NCBI GenBank assembly: GCA_000320545.1
Contig: ADNK01001596.1
Span: 62,001 to 126,000 of the forward strand
Direction: 5' to 3'
Source of the DNA: Bigelowiella natans CCMP2755
Lineage: Eukaryota; Protista; Cercozoa
DNA length: 64,000 nucleotides
A model generated the notes under the pieces. It saw only the letters and a program-made list of their open reading frames with translations, made no database searches and was not told where the DNA came from. Each line of letters begins with the position of its first letter. The stretch's first letter is position 1. Positions 33,375-44,639 of this stretch are shown here, in pieces. Position numbers and translations under genes: made by a program.

Positions 33375-34099
33375 GACCTTCCCTATACACATGCAGCAAA
33401 TCGTGATTATTCGGATGTGTAACCAATAATAAAGTCTTCAATCGATTCAGCAATTACTCTTTGAACGAGTGCGACGAGTAGGCGTAGCTGGTTCAGGGCT
33501 CTGTGAGAACCAACATCAACATTTATTCAAGATGACGGTCTTAACTCGAAGATATGAAATGTTAGATACCCTTCTGACGCTGGAAGACCCTCGCCGTCTA
33601 CCCGTACGGCGTTGTGACGATCGAGGCATGATGGCGGGATGGGGCGGGTTGATTTACTTTATCTCTATTTTACTGGTGTAGAATCCTAGTTCTTGGAAGG
33701 GGCGGGGACTACTCAGGACGATGAGTTATGAGTAGAAGTAACAAACACGCCACACGCTTCTTTGATTGCACTTTTCCGTGCGAAAACATACACACTACCT
33801 ACAGTGTTTCGTAAGCGTCTCACGAAATTCCATGACGTAGACTAAAATCCGCAAGGGTTTGCGTTCCGGTTTAAGTTTAGTTTACCGGTATCCTGTATAC
33901 TTAGATCTGGGCTCTACTCTGACATATTGATGTCGCAGGTATAAAATCCCCTATGATTGATAAAATCACTGAATCGTGCGGCTCAGATGGACCACTGTCC
34001 ATTCCTCACGACTCACATCTGCCGCTGTGCCACTCGCGCACGCCACCACGAAAGGCGAAGCTACTGTGAGAGAATCAACGGAACGATTCTGTTCAAGGC

Positions 34100-35253
34100 A
34101 TGCCCGTAGTCCCTTTTGGTTTGAGCGCACTGCCAGCCAGTGTCCTTGCTCCATATGATTTGGAGGATTTACAATATCTGGTCTCAGCGACGCTCGCGGC
34201 ATTGCTCACGGCCATCGTTCTTGATCGGAGGAAAGCATCATCTATAATCTTCACATTCTTTCAGGTTTTTGTTCAGTAAATTATTTCCGGGCAGCCTGTA
34301 TTCTGAATTATTATTCTCACATATAAATATATATTTCATCGACGCGTGATATAATTGGAGCTCATCTTCTCATCACATATCAGGAACTCTTTGGGACTGC
34401 ATTCATGATTTGCTGCGTGTTTCCACCAAGTCCTCTCCTCGGTCACCTCTCTCCGAAATACATGTACGAGTGGCCTGTGCATGGACTTGGCGTTATTGTG
34501 TCGGACTTTATCTTCGGAGGGCCACAAGTCAACGCTGCCTGCACTTTTTCCTTGTGGATCGCACAGTTGGTAATACGGAAATTTACTAAGTGGAAAATTC
34601 ACACTTCCTCAAATATATTCCTTATAGTTTCCGGCGATTAATTTATTTTCATTGAACTCGCCATTAAAATAATTACTGCATATTTTTAGATTCCGTTGAC
34701 GCAAGCAGTATCAAACATTTTCGCCCAGCTTCTCGGCGGCGTTATTGGATTCCCTCTTGCAAAAATGATAACTCTCGCTATAAGACCAAAAGCCGAGTTT
34801 GGAGGACCCACATTTACCCTAGATGAAAGTGAAACTCCGAAACAGCTGACTCTGGAGGAGGCATTCGCAAACGAGTTCGCCGGAGTCGTTCTTCTAATGT
34901 GCGCAGTGTACGGATTTTGTTTGACAAAACTTGGTAAGAGGTATCTTCTAAAGCAATCGCTTGTAGCCGCTTCTATTCGTTTCATATTACATTTTTATCC
35001 TAAAACTGGACCAGCCATGAACCCTGGGCTCGGCAGTATGTACCATTTCTTCATTTCTGGAAGATTACATAGAGATGCGAGTCACTACTACGTGTACTGG
35101 CTTGCTCCATTCGCAGCAGGAGGAATAGTTGCTCTTTTCTGGAGTGGGGCAACCGAGACAGGACTATTTGCAGCTGAGCCCAGCAACACAAACATGAACA
35201 GTAAAGCTGATAATTCGGGTGAGGGAAAAACTTCGCATAAGGTGTACGAATAG
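34100..35253 (+). CDS. Aquaporin / MIP family, non-canonical NPA boxes
   Basis: Three exons giving QELFGTAFM, GGPQVNAACTF, IFAQLLGGVIG, NEFAG, TGPAMNPGLG and YYVYWLAPFAAGGIV. Confidence 0.88.
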
Positions 35254-35379
35254 CGCGCCGGCATGCAGCCATAACAAAATCACATGTAAGCCTGATCAAA
35301 GCCGCACGATATAACGACGCTTAGGACAGATACACATTATGTACTGGCACAAACAGCATTCGAAAAATATAACAGTACA

Positions 35380-35910
35380 TAGTAGTAGGTCGGTGTCGTT
35401 AAGTCGCTAACCTGCTAGTAGTTGCTTCATGCGATGGATCGTGCATCCTAGCAATGCTAGATCACATGAATGGATCCTGTGCGCGATAAAGAATCAAAGC
35501 TAGACCGGGCATACTCACACATAGCATATCCCCATCGTAGTCAGCGCATCGAACAGTTGTAACCATGCAGAACAAGAAGCTACAAGCGTTGGTTGTAATG
35601 CACGTGTTTTTGCATCATAGCTAGCACATCGATGCAAGTGCATGTCTTTTGCATTGTTTCCAAACTGCAAATTACGTAGTTCACAATGTACAGTAAATGC
35701 ATTGCAATGATTTGGCAAGTCGCACAATAATTGCGGTAAAGTTGGCAGTGCACATCACATCACAATCATAATGCAATCGCTAGCTAGCTAGACTAACGCT
35801 ATATATTGGGATGACCATTGAATAACCTTAATTGATTCATTACACCCGTCTCACATGTAACACTAGCAAATTATTGCACTTTTATGCTATTTAAATGCAG
35901 GCTAGTTCTC
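35380..35910. other. Convergent CTAG/CATG-rich spacer containing repeat copy E
   Basis: GCTAGCTAGCTAGA, ATGCTAGATC and TAGCTAGCAC words. Confidence 0.7.
35798..35853 (-). repeat. Dispersed repeat copy E
   Basis: Reverse complement TGAGACGGGTGTAATGAATCAATTAAGGTTATTCAATGGTCATCCCAATATATAGC. Confidence 0.8.
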
Positions 35911-36061
35911 ACTCCTCGTTACACTTTACAAATTGTAAATTTATACACATACAATCGCTGGTCTTGTAATCCCAATCGGAGTGGAATCACACGCCCGATC
36001 AGCTAAGTCCTTTTCTTCATAGTCCAACGAATCATCACATAAACGACTGATTGTGCTTTCC

Positions 36062-37771
36062 TTACATAAATGGATTTCCCCGCGGACCCATCATATCGCC
36101 CACGTGTAACCTCCCATCCATGGGGAAAAATATTACATGACAAAATCGTTTGACTGTCTTAGAGAGGCAAATAGTGTGGATAACCCTAGGATCTCTTGGT
36201 GGGAAGCTTTCCTCCTTGATTTTTTCTTGTGGTTCTGAGCTACTGGTTGCGCTGTCAAGTGTTGAAGAAGGAGTCTTCTTCGGAGAAGCATGGAATGGAA
36301 GCATAGTTCGACAGAACTTAGACAGTCTTACTACAGCCATTAATGCCCCAATCTTGCCATTTTTAGCATTTGGGGGCTGGAACTGAGGTTCCATACATAC
36401 CCCCACCATCTTCAAAGCTTCTGCAGCACTTACTCGCACTAACTTCTCGAAACTTGACGTTCTTAGGACCTCCCTAAGCTCGGCAGTCATGTTCGCTGTT
36501 CTAACTCGCAAGGCGTGGTCTTCGTTGCTTTCTTTTACGTCTTCTAAATCGCGGCGGTACCACTCAGGCAGTATATAATTAGAGTATCTAAATCTTTCAA
36601 ACTCTTTAGCTTTTACTTCATTTCCCCCGCAATTAGATCGACGAGATTGATCTTCGAATTCCCCCTTTCCTTCCTTAGCGCCACTTGCTGCCAGACTTTG
36701 TCTTGTATCCATAACTTGCAATACTTCCAGGAGGAAGTTTGACAGGTCAGCTGCGGCAAGAGGTTTCTTGACAAAGTTTCCCTTCCGCTGAATCACGCGG
36801 GCCACAGACTCCTCGACATGCTTGGCAAGGTTTTCTAGTCCTGCACCCATAAAATAACGGAGTAGGTTTAACATTTCCTTGCCCGCCTTATCTGCAATCT
36901 CCTGATTTTTGGCAGCAATCATAGCCCGTCTCTCTGCTATTGAAACCCCATTAGGCCCTCCACGCTCACTAATTATTTTGATTATCCTGGCTAAGACCCG
37001 AGGGTTCTGTGTCGCTTCTACAACGCTCATGTTCGCACACAGGCGCTCAAGCTCCGCATCTTTTTTAATAAAATCTTCAAATGCTTTCGGGTCACTCAGT
37101 AGCTTCTCGATATCTAGAGTACCTCCCGTATCTTTACCATCCTCGAATTCCGCAGCGGCGGCTCGTACATGCTCATGGAGCCCATGCCGGTGGAAAATAC
37201 TCAGAATTACCTTTGTTGTCACGCTGAGAAGATCTATGACGAGTACTGCAGTTATAGTTTGGGCAACCCCAGCTATCACAAATTTTTGTAATTTCGAACG
37301 ATCCTTCTTGTCTTTGCCCTTGAGTTGTTCCCTTAGGGCTTTCAGATTGAACAGATAATTTATTTTTTTGAATAGACCTTTGGACCCCTCCGAATTAGAA
37401 TCCGAATGAAGGAAAGTGCTTTCAAGAAGTTGGATTTCAAGCAATTTATCTCCGGTGGCGATGATTTTCTGAAACTGTCTGCCTAGGGGCGTACCTGCCT
37501 CCGCACACTGACCAGTACCAAGTGTATCACCAAACACACTGTCACCCCCGGAGGAAGTTAAGTGATTTATTCCGTGACGGGCGAAGTGGTATAGACCCTC
37601 TAACATGTACGACACCTCAGTACCCCAAGGTTTTAGATTGAGATAAATGTAATATGTTCCCATTCCGGTAGCAGCTAACGAGATCGCTACTTTGTTTCTT
37701 TCGAGAGCAGTTGAAACTTGCGCGTAGCTCTCCTTCATGGCCTTAAGCGTATTCGGGAAAAAGTTCTGCAT
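36062..37771 (-). CDS. PEX3: Peroxin-3-like protein (single exon)
   Basis: 569-aa ORF with N-terminal RNK plus hydrophobic anchor. LREQLK...AQTITAVLVIDLLSVTTKVILSIF, YFMGAGLENLAKHVEESV and ELREVLRTSSF match the Pex3 helix pattern. Confidence 0.72.
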   Translation of the reverse strand: MQNFFPNTLKAMKESYAQVSTALERNKVAISLAATGMGTYYIYLNLKPWGTEVSYMLEGLYHFARHGINHLTSSGGDSVFGDTLGTGQCAEAGTPLGRQFQKIIATGDKLLEIQLLESTFLHSDSNSEGSKGLFKKINYLFNLKALREQLKGKDKKDRSKLQKFVIAGVAQTITAVLVIDLLSVTTKVILSIFHRHGLHEHVRAAAAEFEDGKDTGGTLDIEKLLSDPKAFEDFIKKDAELERLCANMSVVEATQNPRVLARIIKIISERGGPNGVSIAERRAMIAAKNQEIADKAGKEMLNLLRYFMGAGLENLAKHVEESVARVIQRKGNFVKKPLAAADLSNFLLEVLQVMDTRQSLAASGAKEGKGEFEDQSRRSNCGGNEVKAKEFERFRYSNYILPEWYRRDLEDVKESNEDHALRVRTANMTAELREVLRTSSFEKLVRVSAAEALKMVGVCMEPQFQPPNAKNGKIGALMAVVRLSKFCRTMLPFHASPKKTPSSTLDSATSSSEPQEKIKEESFPPRDPRVIHTICLSKTVKRFCHVIFFPMDGRLHVGDMMGPRGNPFM

Positions 37772-38449
37772 GGTAACTGCAACAACTCTTCCGGTTGAAC
37801 GGATCCCCCCCCCCCCTTAAATCGAAGCTTTGGAAAAATCCCTTTTTCCGCCGTCCTGCTGAGGTCCTGGGTGCGAGGTAAGCGGATTCGAAACTAAATT
37901 CCTCTGTCGTACAGTTTATTTTTAGAATGCGACATCAGAATCTCCATGTCTCACATGAAATTCCAACTGTTCACCTTATGCCACAGCTGCATAGTTGTCG
38001 CAGGGGATAATTCGATTGCATTGTTTCTTCTTCATTCATGAGCACTTCTACCACGAGAAATGCCACGTGCCCGTCGGAAAAAGGACGATAGAAATCCAAA
38101 AATCCAGCGGAGAACATCGTACGGGTTGCATCGATGGAGGCCTTCATCAAGGCTCGCCGTTGTGCTCGGGATAGCTTTTGGCGGGAAGCGAGTATGGTAC
38201 ATCTTTCGGATGGTCTGTATGATGTTGCGACGGGTCGTATAGGTTGTCGCAGCCCGTAATTAGGGCTCTTTTTGCGAGGAAGAAAGATCATGTAATATCA
38301 TCCCCGTGCTGTCTCATTAACCGGTAGCGACGAACCGAACCACTCGGGGTAGGAGCATAAGGGCAACCTTTCCCTCCTGTCCTCCTGAATTGGCAGGACT
38401 CCTTCGTGGATATAAGGAGAGGGGTACCTACCTTCCTTTCGTAATAAAT

Positions 38450-39803
38450 ATGGAGCAGAAGGAGGACCTTCGGGAGCCACTTGCCCGGGGGCTCTGGAAA
38501 TTAGCGAGGAGATGTACGGACGCGGAATGGAAGCTGAAGCGACGATCTCATCTAGTGAGGGCTATAGTCACGATATCTCTCCACAAAGAGCCCTTGCGTT
38601 CGCTTCGTCAGGTTGGCCAGTTATACAAAATCGGCAGTGTGGTCTTAGAGCAGCTCCAGGCGCTCCTTAAGACACGTCACTGCAGCAACGGTAGGCCTCG
38701 TCGTAGTGGCCCTTTGTTGAATCTTGAACCCCTCAACGAGACGCAGTTTTGCAGTGCTGCATTAGCTATACTAGTCTGTCTTTATGAATGGAAATCGAGA
38801 GAAATCGAGCGAGATCTGTGTTCTTCTTCCTCCTCCTCGAAGACTCGTCACGAGTATCTTTTGGCACTGGAAGAACTCTGTGACGGCACTCTCCAAAAAC
38901 GCTTGCCGGGGGAGCAGGGAGGCCTTCTCAACGTATCTAAACATGTCAATGGAGCTCCCTGTGGATGCTTAGATCAGCTGAAGACCATGGCAACAGGGAC
39001 TTGGGATAGCGGGGGTGAGAAGCTCATCAAGCTGCGGAAGAGAAACAAGAAAACTGTGTTGGAACTCCTCCCGGCAGGAGAAAGAATAGCGTCGCGACTT
39101 GTCTCTGAGCGACGGAGAGTTATGCAGAGAAAACGGGAAGGAATGGCCACAGGCGTAAACGAAGGAGTGCTGAAGATTGCGTCACAGAATCGATTTGGCC
39201 CTCTTATTGATTTCAAAGCCCCCCCCCCTTCCTCGTCGTCGACCACCTCTTTTGTGAAGTTGCTCGTCGACACGCGTGAGGGGGGTGGAGAGGACCACCA
39301 TCTTTACGAAATATCGGCGAAGCTGAAGAGGATGAGGGTTAGCTTTGAGACCCGACGCTTGCCAACTGGGCTAGGTGACTACGTGTTTGTTGTGAAATCC
39401 CGTCGTGGCGCTGCAGCAGCAGGCAGGGGAAAAGAAGAAGAAGAGGAGGAGGAGGAGGAGCTTGTCCCCATCATCATTGAACGGAAGACGCCGGTTGGTA
39501 CATGTAAACTCTCCCATCATTTTCATCTGCCAAATCATTATTTTCATAAAGCAATCCATCATCATCATCATCGTTGTCGTCGTCGTCGTCGTCATAGTTG
39601 TCACCATTTTGAATCGTTGTTATTTCCTCATTCAACCACCACCAAAGGTGGATCTTTCACAAGGCCTAATGGACGGGCGCTTCGAGCGGCAGGCCGCAGG
39701 TGCAGTCAAAAGCACCATTCACTGTGAACACCACCACCGGTAGCAGGATCTCATTATCTTGTACTCGGCGAGGGCTGACTACGTGATGATGAGGAGATGT
39801 CAA

Positions 39804-39852
<49 letters not shown>

Positions 39853-40430
39853 TCTCTCTTTCGTCCATTCCTAATCCCTAATCGCGCTATAGGCATGCAA
39901 AGAGCGATGAAACTGCTCGTGGCTGGGCTGGGAGAGGCCTCCTCATCCTCCTCCTCCTCCTCCTCCTCCTCCTCCTCCTCCCCCTCCTCGGCGTTAGAAC
40001 GATTCGGGCTGCAGGAGTACGGAGCACCTGTCTACTTGCTTCAGGGAACCCCTTCCCCCTTCCAGTGTCCAGCATGCGGCATATCCCGACAATGCCGTGG
40101 GGTGGGTGGCTGCGAAAGGAGGGGATTTGCTTCAATTGAGCGGTTGGAGAGGCAACTCTGCATCATAGAGGAGAAGGATGGCATGGTGCTGGTAAGAATC
40201 GCTTCGAGCCTTGAAGCCGTAGCAGGTTACTACTGTGTTATACTACTATATGCACGTATGGACAACTGTCATCTGCTCGCTCGACGCTTTATCTGGCACC
40301 ACCATTCTGATAGTAATCAATAACATTGCCCCTCCTCTTACACCCCCCTCCAGAGTACCTCGCAGAATTGCATGCACAGCTTTCCCAGCTTCTGGAGGAG
40401 GGCCAGTCGATTGGATCGAATCGTAATATA

Positions 40431-40463
<33 letters not shown>

Positions 40464-42075
40464 GTGATGACATTTGAGAGCTCACCTATCAACCCCATGT
40501 GCGTACTTCGTGTCTTGTATCCTTTTAGGCTCCTACCGGCAAATCGTCGATTGTTTAAAATATCGTCGTAGTAGTAGTAATAGTAATAGTAGTAGTAGTA
40601 GTAGTATTCCTCAACCTCATCATTCGTGGAAGGAGAAGGGGAAGGAGGCACAAGTCTCCCATGCAACTCAGGGCACCATCTCAAAGAAGCGTGAGAATCC
40701 ATCAACCACACAAACACAACAACAACAACAACAACAGTAGTAGTAGTAGTAGTAGTAGTAGTGTCTCACTTCTCTCTGTCCCCCTCCCCTAATTTTCCCC
40801 ATCTTCTGCGTTCTTCCCCATACTTTCACAGGACTTTCGCCGATGAAGAGGCGATATCGAATGGTAGGGGAAGGTGGAATTGCAGATGCCGCTGCCACAA
40901 GGAAGAAGCAACAAGGGCTTGCCGTCCTTAGTGTGCGTGGTCCGAATGGTTGTGAGGAGGATAAGGGGGGGTGGGGGGAAGCGGAAGAAAGGAAAACTGC
41001 AGCCTATGCTAAGAAAAGGGAGAAGAAGAAGGGTTTTTGGAGCTGTTCCAGGTAGCGCCTTATGTTGATCGTCAATATAATAATAGGAGTGATGAAAGCT
41101 TTTTGGCTTCGAATTTTGGAACTATCATGGTCGTCATCGTCATTATTATCTTCATCACCGTCGTCACCGTACTCGCCCCTTTTTCCCTTTGATCCTCATA
41201 TCTGTAACCCACGATGGCGACGGTGATGCTGCTGCTGCTGCTGCTGATAATGATGATGATGATGATGACGATGTGTGTGTGTGTGAGAGTGTGTGTGTGT
41301 GTGTGTGTTTGTTACAGATGTACTTTCATCAACAAGCCACTTCACTTGATGTGCGCTATGTGCAATTCTACGCGGCGGAATGTAGAGAAAAACCGGAGTT
41401 CATCGACGTTTACGGCATCATCGCCTTCTTCTCAAGTCAGTGATCATCAGGAAGCACACCTTCAGCAGGAGTCGTCAATATCATCAGCATCAACAACAAT
41501 CGCAGCAACATCTTCTTCTTCTTCTTCTTCTTCTTCTTCTTCTTCGCTAATTCGGCAGCGACAGCATGGCCAGAAGCAAAGTAGCAGCGACAGCAGTAGT
41601 AATGCCATCGTAGTAATAGATTTGGTGGGGGAGGAGGAGGAGGAGGAAGGAGATCCTCCAGCTACAAAGCCAACATCCGGACGTGCTGATTCTGACAACT
41701 ACCCAGATAACAATGCAATGAATGCTAAGTGCAGGAGCGAGCAAATTGACGACGGCAACGACGACGAAAGACTCGCAAAATTGCCAACCACCAGAGGAAT
41801 CAAGGCCAAGGTATTGACGACGAGCAAGAAGAAAACAGCATCGATGATGACAGCAGCCCTGAGAGATCAAAATGAAGGAGGAGTAGGAGGAGGAAAGGCG
41901 GCTCCAAAGACGAAACAGCCGATTTGCGGCATTGTCAGCATCATCAGCAGCAGTGATGACGACGATGATGACATTCTTATGAGCATCAGGCAACAGAATC
42001 TTCTTCTTAAGAGTCGTAAAAAAGCAGCCACCACCAATTCGAAGAAGAAGACGACGTTCACCGCCAAAACAGCAA

Positions 42076-42114
<39 letters not shown>

Positions 42115-42182
42115 ACAGTAGCACAAGATCTTCCTCTTCGTCGTCGTCGTCGTCGTTGTATAAAGCCACCAGCGCTAAGAAC

Positions 42183-42222
<40 letters not shown>

Positions 42223-42873
42223 GCTCTTCTACTGCTACTACTGTCACAAAAACTACTACTACTACTACTACTACTACTTCAAGAACCACCGCTGCTGCTA
42301 CGAAAGAGAGGAATGTCCAGCAAACGATTACTTCTCTATTCAGAAGCCAAAAACAAAAGCTATTTTTAAAGGGGGATGCCTCATCATCTACCAAAGAGCG
42401 AAGAACAATACGTGGGAATGATCATCAGAGCAGCAGCACGAAAGCCACCAATCCTACCCTCGCACCATCGTTATCACTGTCGTCATCATCACACTCCTCA
42501 AACACCTCGCAGAAGACGAAAAACAAGAAGATGGTGTCCATATTGCAGGTGAAAAAGCAGGAGAAGGCACTGGATAGCAGTAGCACGCAGAATAAGAATA
42601 ATAAGATGAAGAATAGCACCTTTTTCAATACTACCACTACTACTGCAGTGAAAGGAGTCTCACGCGTTAGAAAGGCAAAATACAGCATGGGATCTTGCCA
42701 GTATAGCAGCAGCAACAAAGACGCTCCTTCCGGAAGAAGCAGTAGCTTTCTCTTGAGTAAATCCGTAGCAGAGCTTAAACGATTGTGCCGCCAGCGGGGA
42801 GAACCAGTCTCAGGTTGTTCTTTTGACAATGATGATCATTATGATGACGACGACGACGACGACGGTGATGATA

Positions 42874-42906
<33 letters not shown>

Positions 42907-43970
42907 GTGATGATGAATATCAGGAAGCAAAAAGGTACTGGTGGAACGGCTGTTAAGGCCTCCGTTGCCTTTCATTCTCCAGAAGCGAAAGAGGGAGAAG
43001 CAATATGTCCCTTTGAAGGGCAGCATAAACAGCGCCATTCTAGTTGAAATGGAAAGGATGCTCGGGACCGCCGCTACAGTGACGACGCCTACTGCTGCTG
43101 GATATGATGGTGATAATGATGATAATGCTAGCAGGGATGAAAACATCATAAGTAATAAAAGCAGTATTATCATTAGTAGTAGTAGTAGTAGTAGTAGTAG
43201 TTGTGTAGTGATAATGATAATATCGAGTACTGACTAGCGTCACAACTCAGCGACGCCATTATTACCATATGAATCTGTATCATTCTGCGAGTGGGAGAAG
43301 GAGCCCTTTCTTCGTTTTCTTGCTCTTTTGCTATTGCCGCCACTACCTCGAGGTGATGCTGAAGTTATAACACACCAGGCTTCACGAAGGAGCGGATCAT
43401 GCAGATAGCGAACGACTCTCCCTTCACATCGACTAACGTGTTTGAGAAGAAAACTACGGGCAAGGCAAACTGGTAGAGCTAGAGAGGCAGCTTGCCTAAT
43501 ATTACACACACATATAATTTATATAAATATTATATGTGTATATATGTATGTATGTGTATATATATTGTGTGTGTGTGTAACAAGCATTTACGTAATGAGC
43601 AGGGGCTACGATGGTTGGTCTGGCGTGTCTCGCTTATTCCAAACAGAAGACAAAGATAACTACCCCATGCTGGTCCTGACAACTAATTAGCACATCTTCC
43701 GTCATATCTATTTTTAGGATGATGCTTAAACGCTAAGTAGTTACGTCCTCCATCATCATCATCATCATCACTTGATCATGTTGCCTCCCTATTACAACTC
43801 ACTGTACCTACTACCACCACCCCCCTCAGACCAAGTGTCGAGGTAAGCCCGTCCGTTACAAGCTGACCCCGTTAGGGAGGAGCATTGGCAGAGCGATTCA
43901 TAAACATGCTCACGATCTGGGTTCGTGTATCTGCGATCACTTCGACAACGACGATTATCAGCAGCAATGA
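38450..43970 (+). CDS. MUS81-like ERCC4 structure-specific endonuclease with extra zinc finger, SAP and winged-helix domains
   Basis: N-terminal HhH (QLYKIGSVVLEQL) and WH (SAALAILVCL). ERCC4 motifs LLVDTRE, LGDYVFV and IERKTP|VDLSQGLMDGRFERQ. Followed by WSCSR|CTFIN....MCAMC, LSKSVAELKRLCRQRGEPVSG|SKKVLVERLL and YDGWSGVSRL...YKLTPLG. Confidence 0.82.
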
Positions 43971-44259
43971 ATGATGATGAAGATGATGATATCGGTCGTT
44001 TTGGTTATGATGCGGTACCTACTGGTCAATGCCTCAGTCTAGATAGTAATGTTCCACAGCTAGCATGCGGGTTAAAATCGATGTCTCCCTGTCGAATATT
44101 TGTTTTATTTGTTAATGAAAAAAGTCTTAGCCTAGTCTTGCATGTCAATACTGTTACAGGCGCAAGTGTACTAAAAAATGTCAATATTTCAACAAAGAGA
44201 TAATTACTAATTCATACCTGGGATTAGTTGTAGCTTAAAACTGACACTACAACTTGTAT

Positions 44260-44600
44260 GACGTGCGATCATCGCATGCTTCAAGCACGTATCCATGTAC
44301 ACACACAATTGAAATTAATGATGACAGTACTTTGTGCACACATGTAAGCTGAAGCACACCACAAACATGCACACGCACTAGACGCACGCGCACACAGCTC
44401 AAGAGCTTTCTAGCTTTACTAGACAAGGAGAGAGAGAGAATGAGAGGCGCACATGCCCACTAAGACATGCCAGCTAGTCAGATGTGTACATCTAGACATC
44501 AAGTCGCATAGATGTGCCCGCTGTGCTCATCGCGGTGTGCTAGCTGCGTTACATGGTCAAAATGCAAGTAGCTACACTGTTACAACACAGTAAGTGCATT
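44260..44600. other. Convergent CTAG/CATG-rich spacer
   Basis: ACATCTAGACAT at 44488, plus many CTAG and CATG words. Confidence 0.65.
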
Positions 44601-44639
44601 AGCTGATACCAGTAAAAATTCTAATGCAACCAGAAATAA

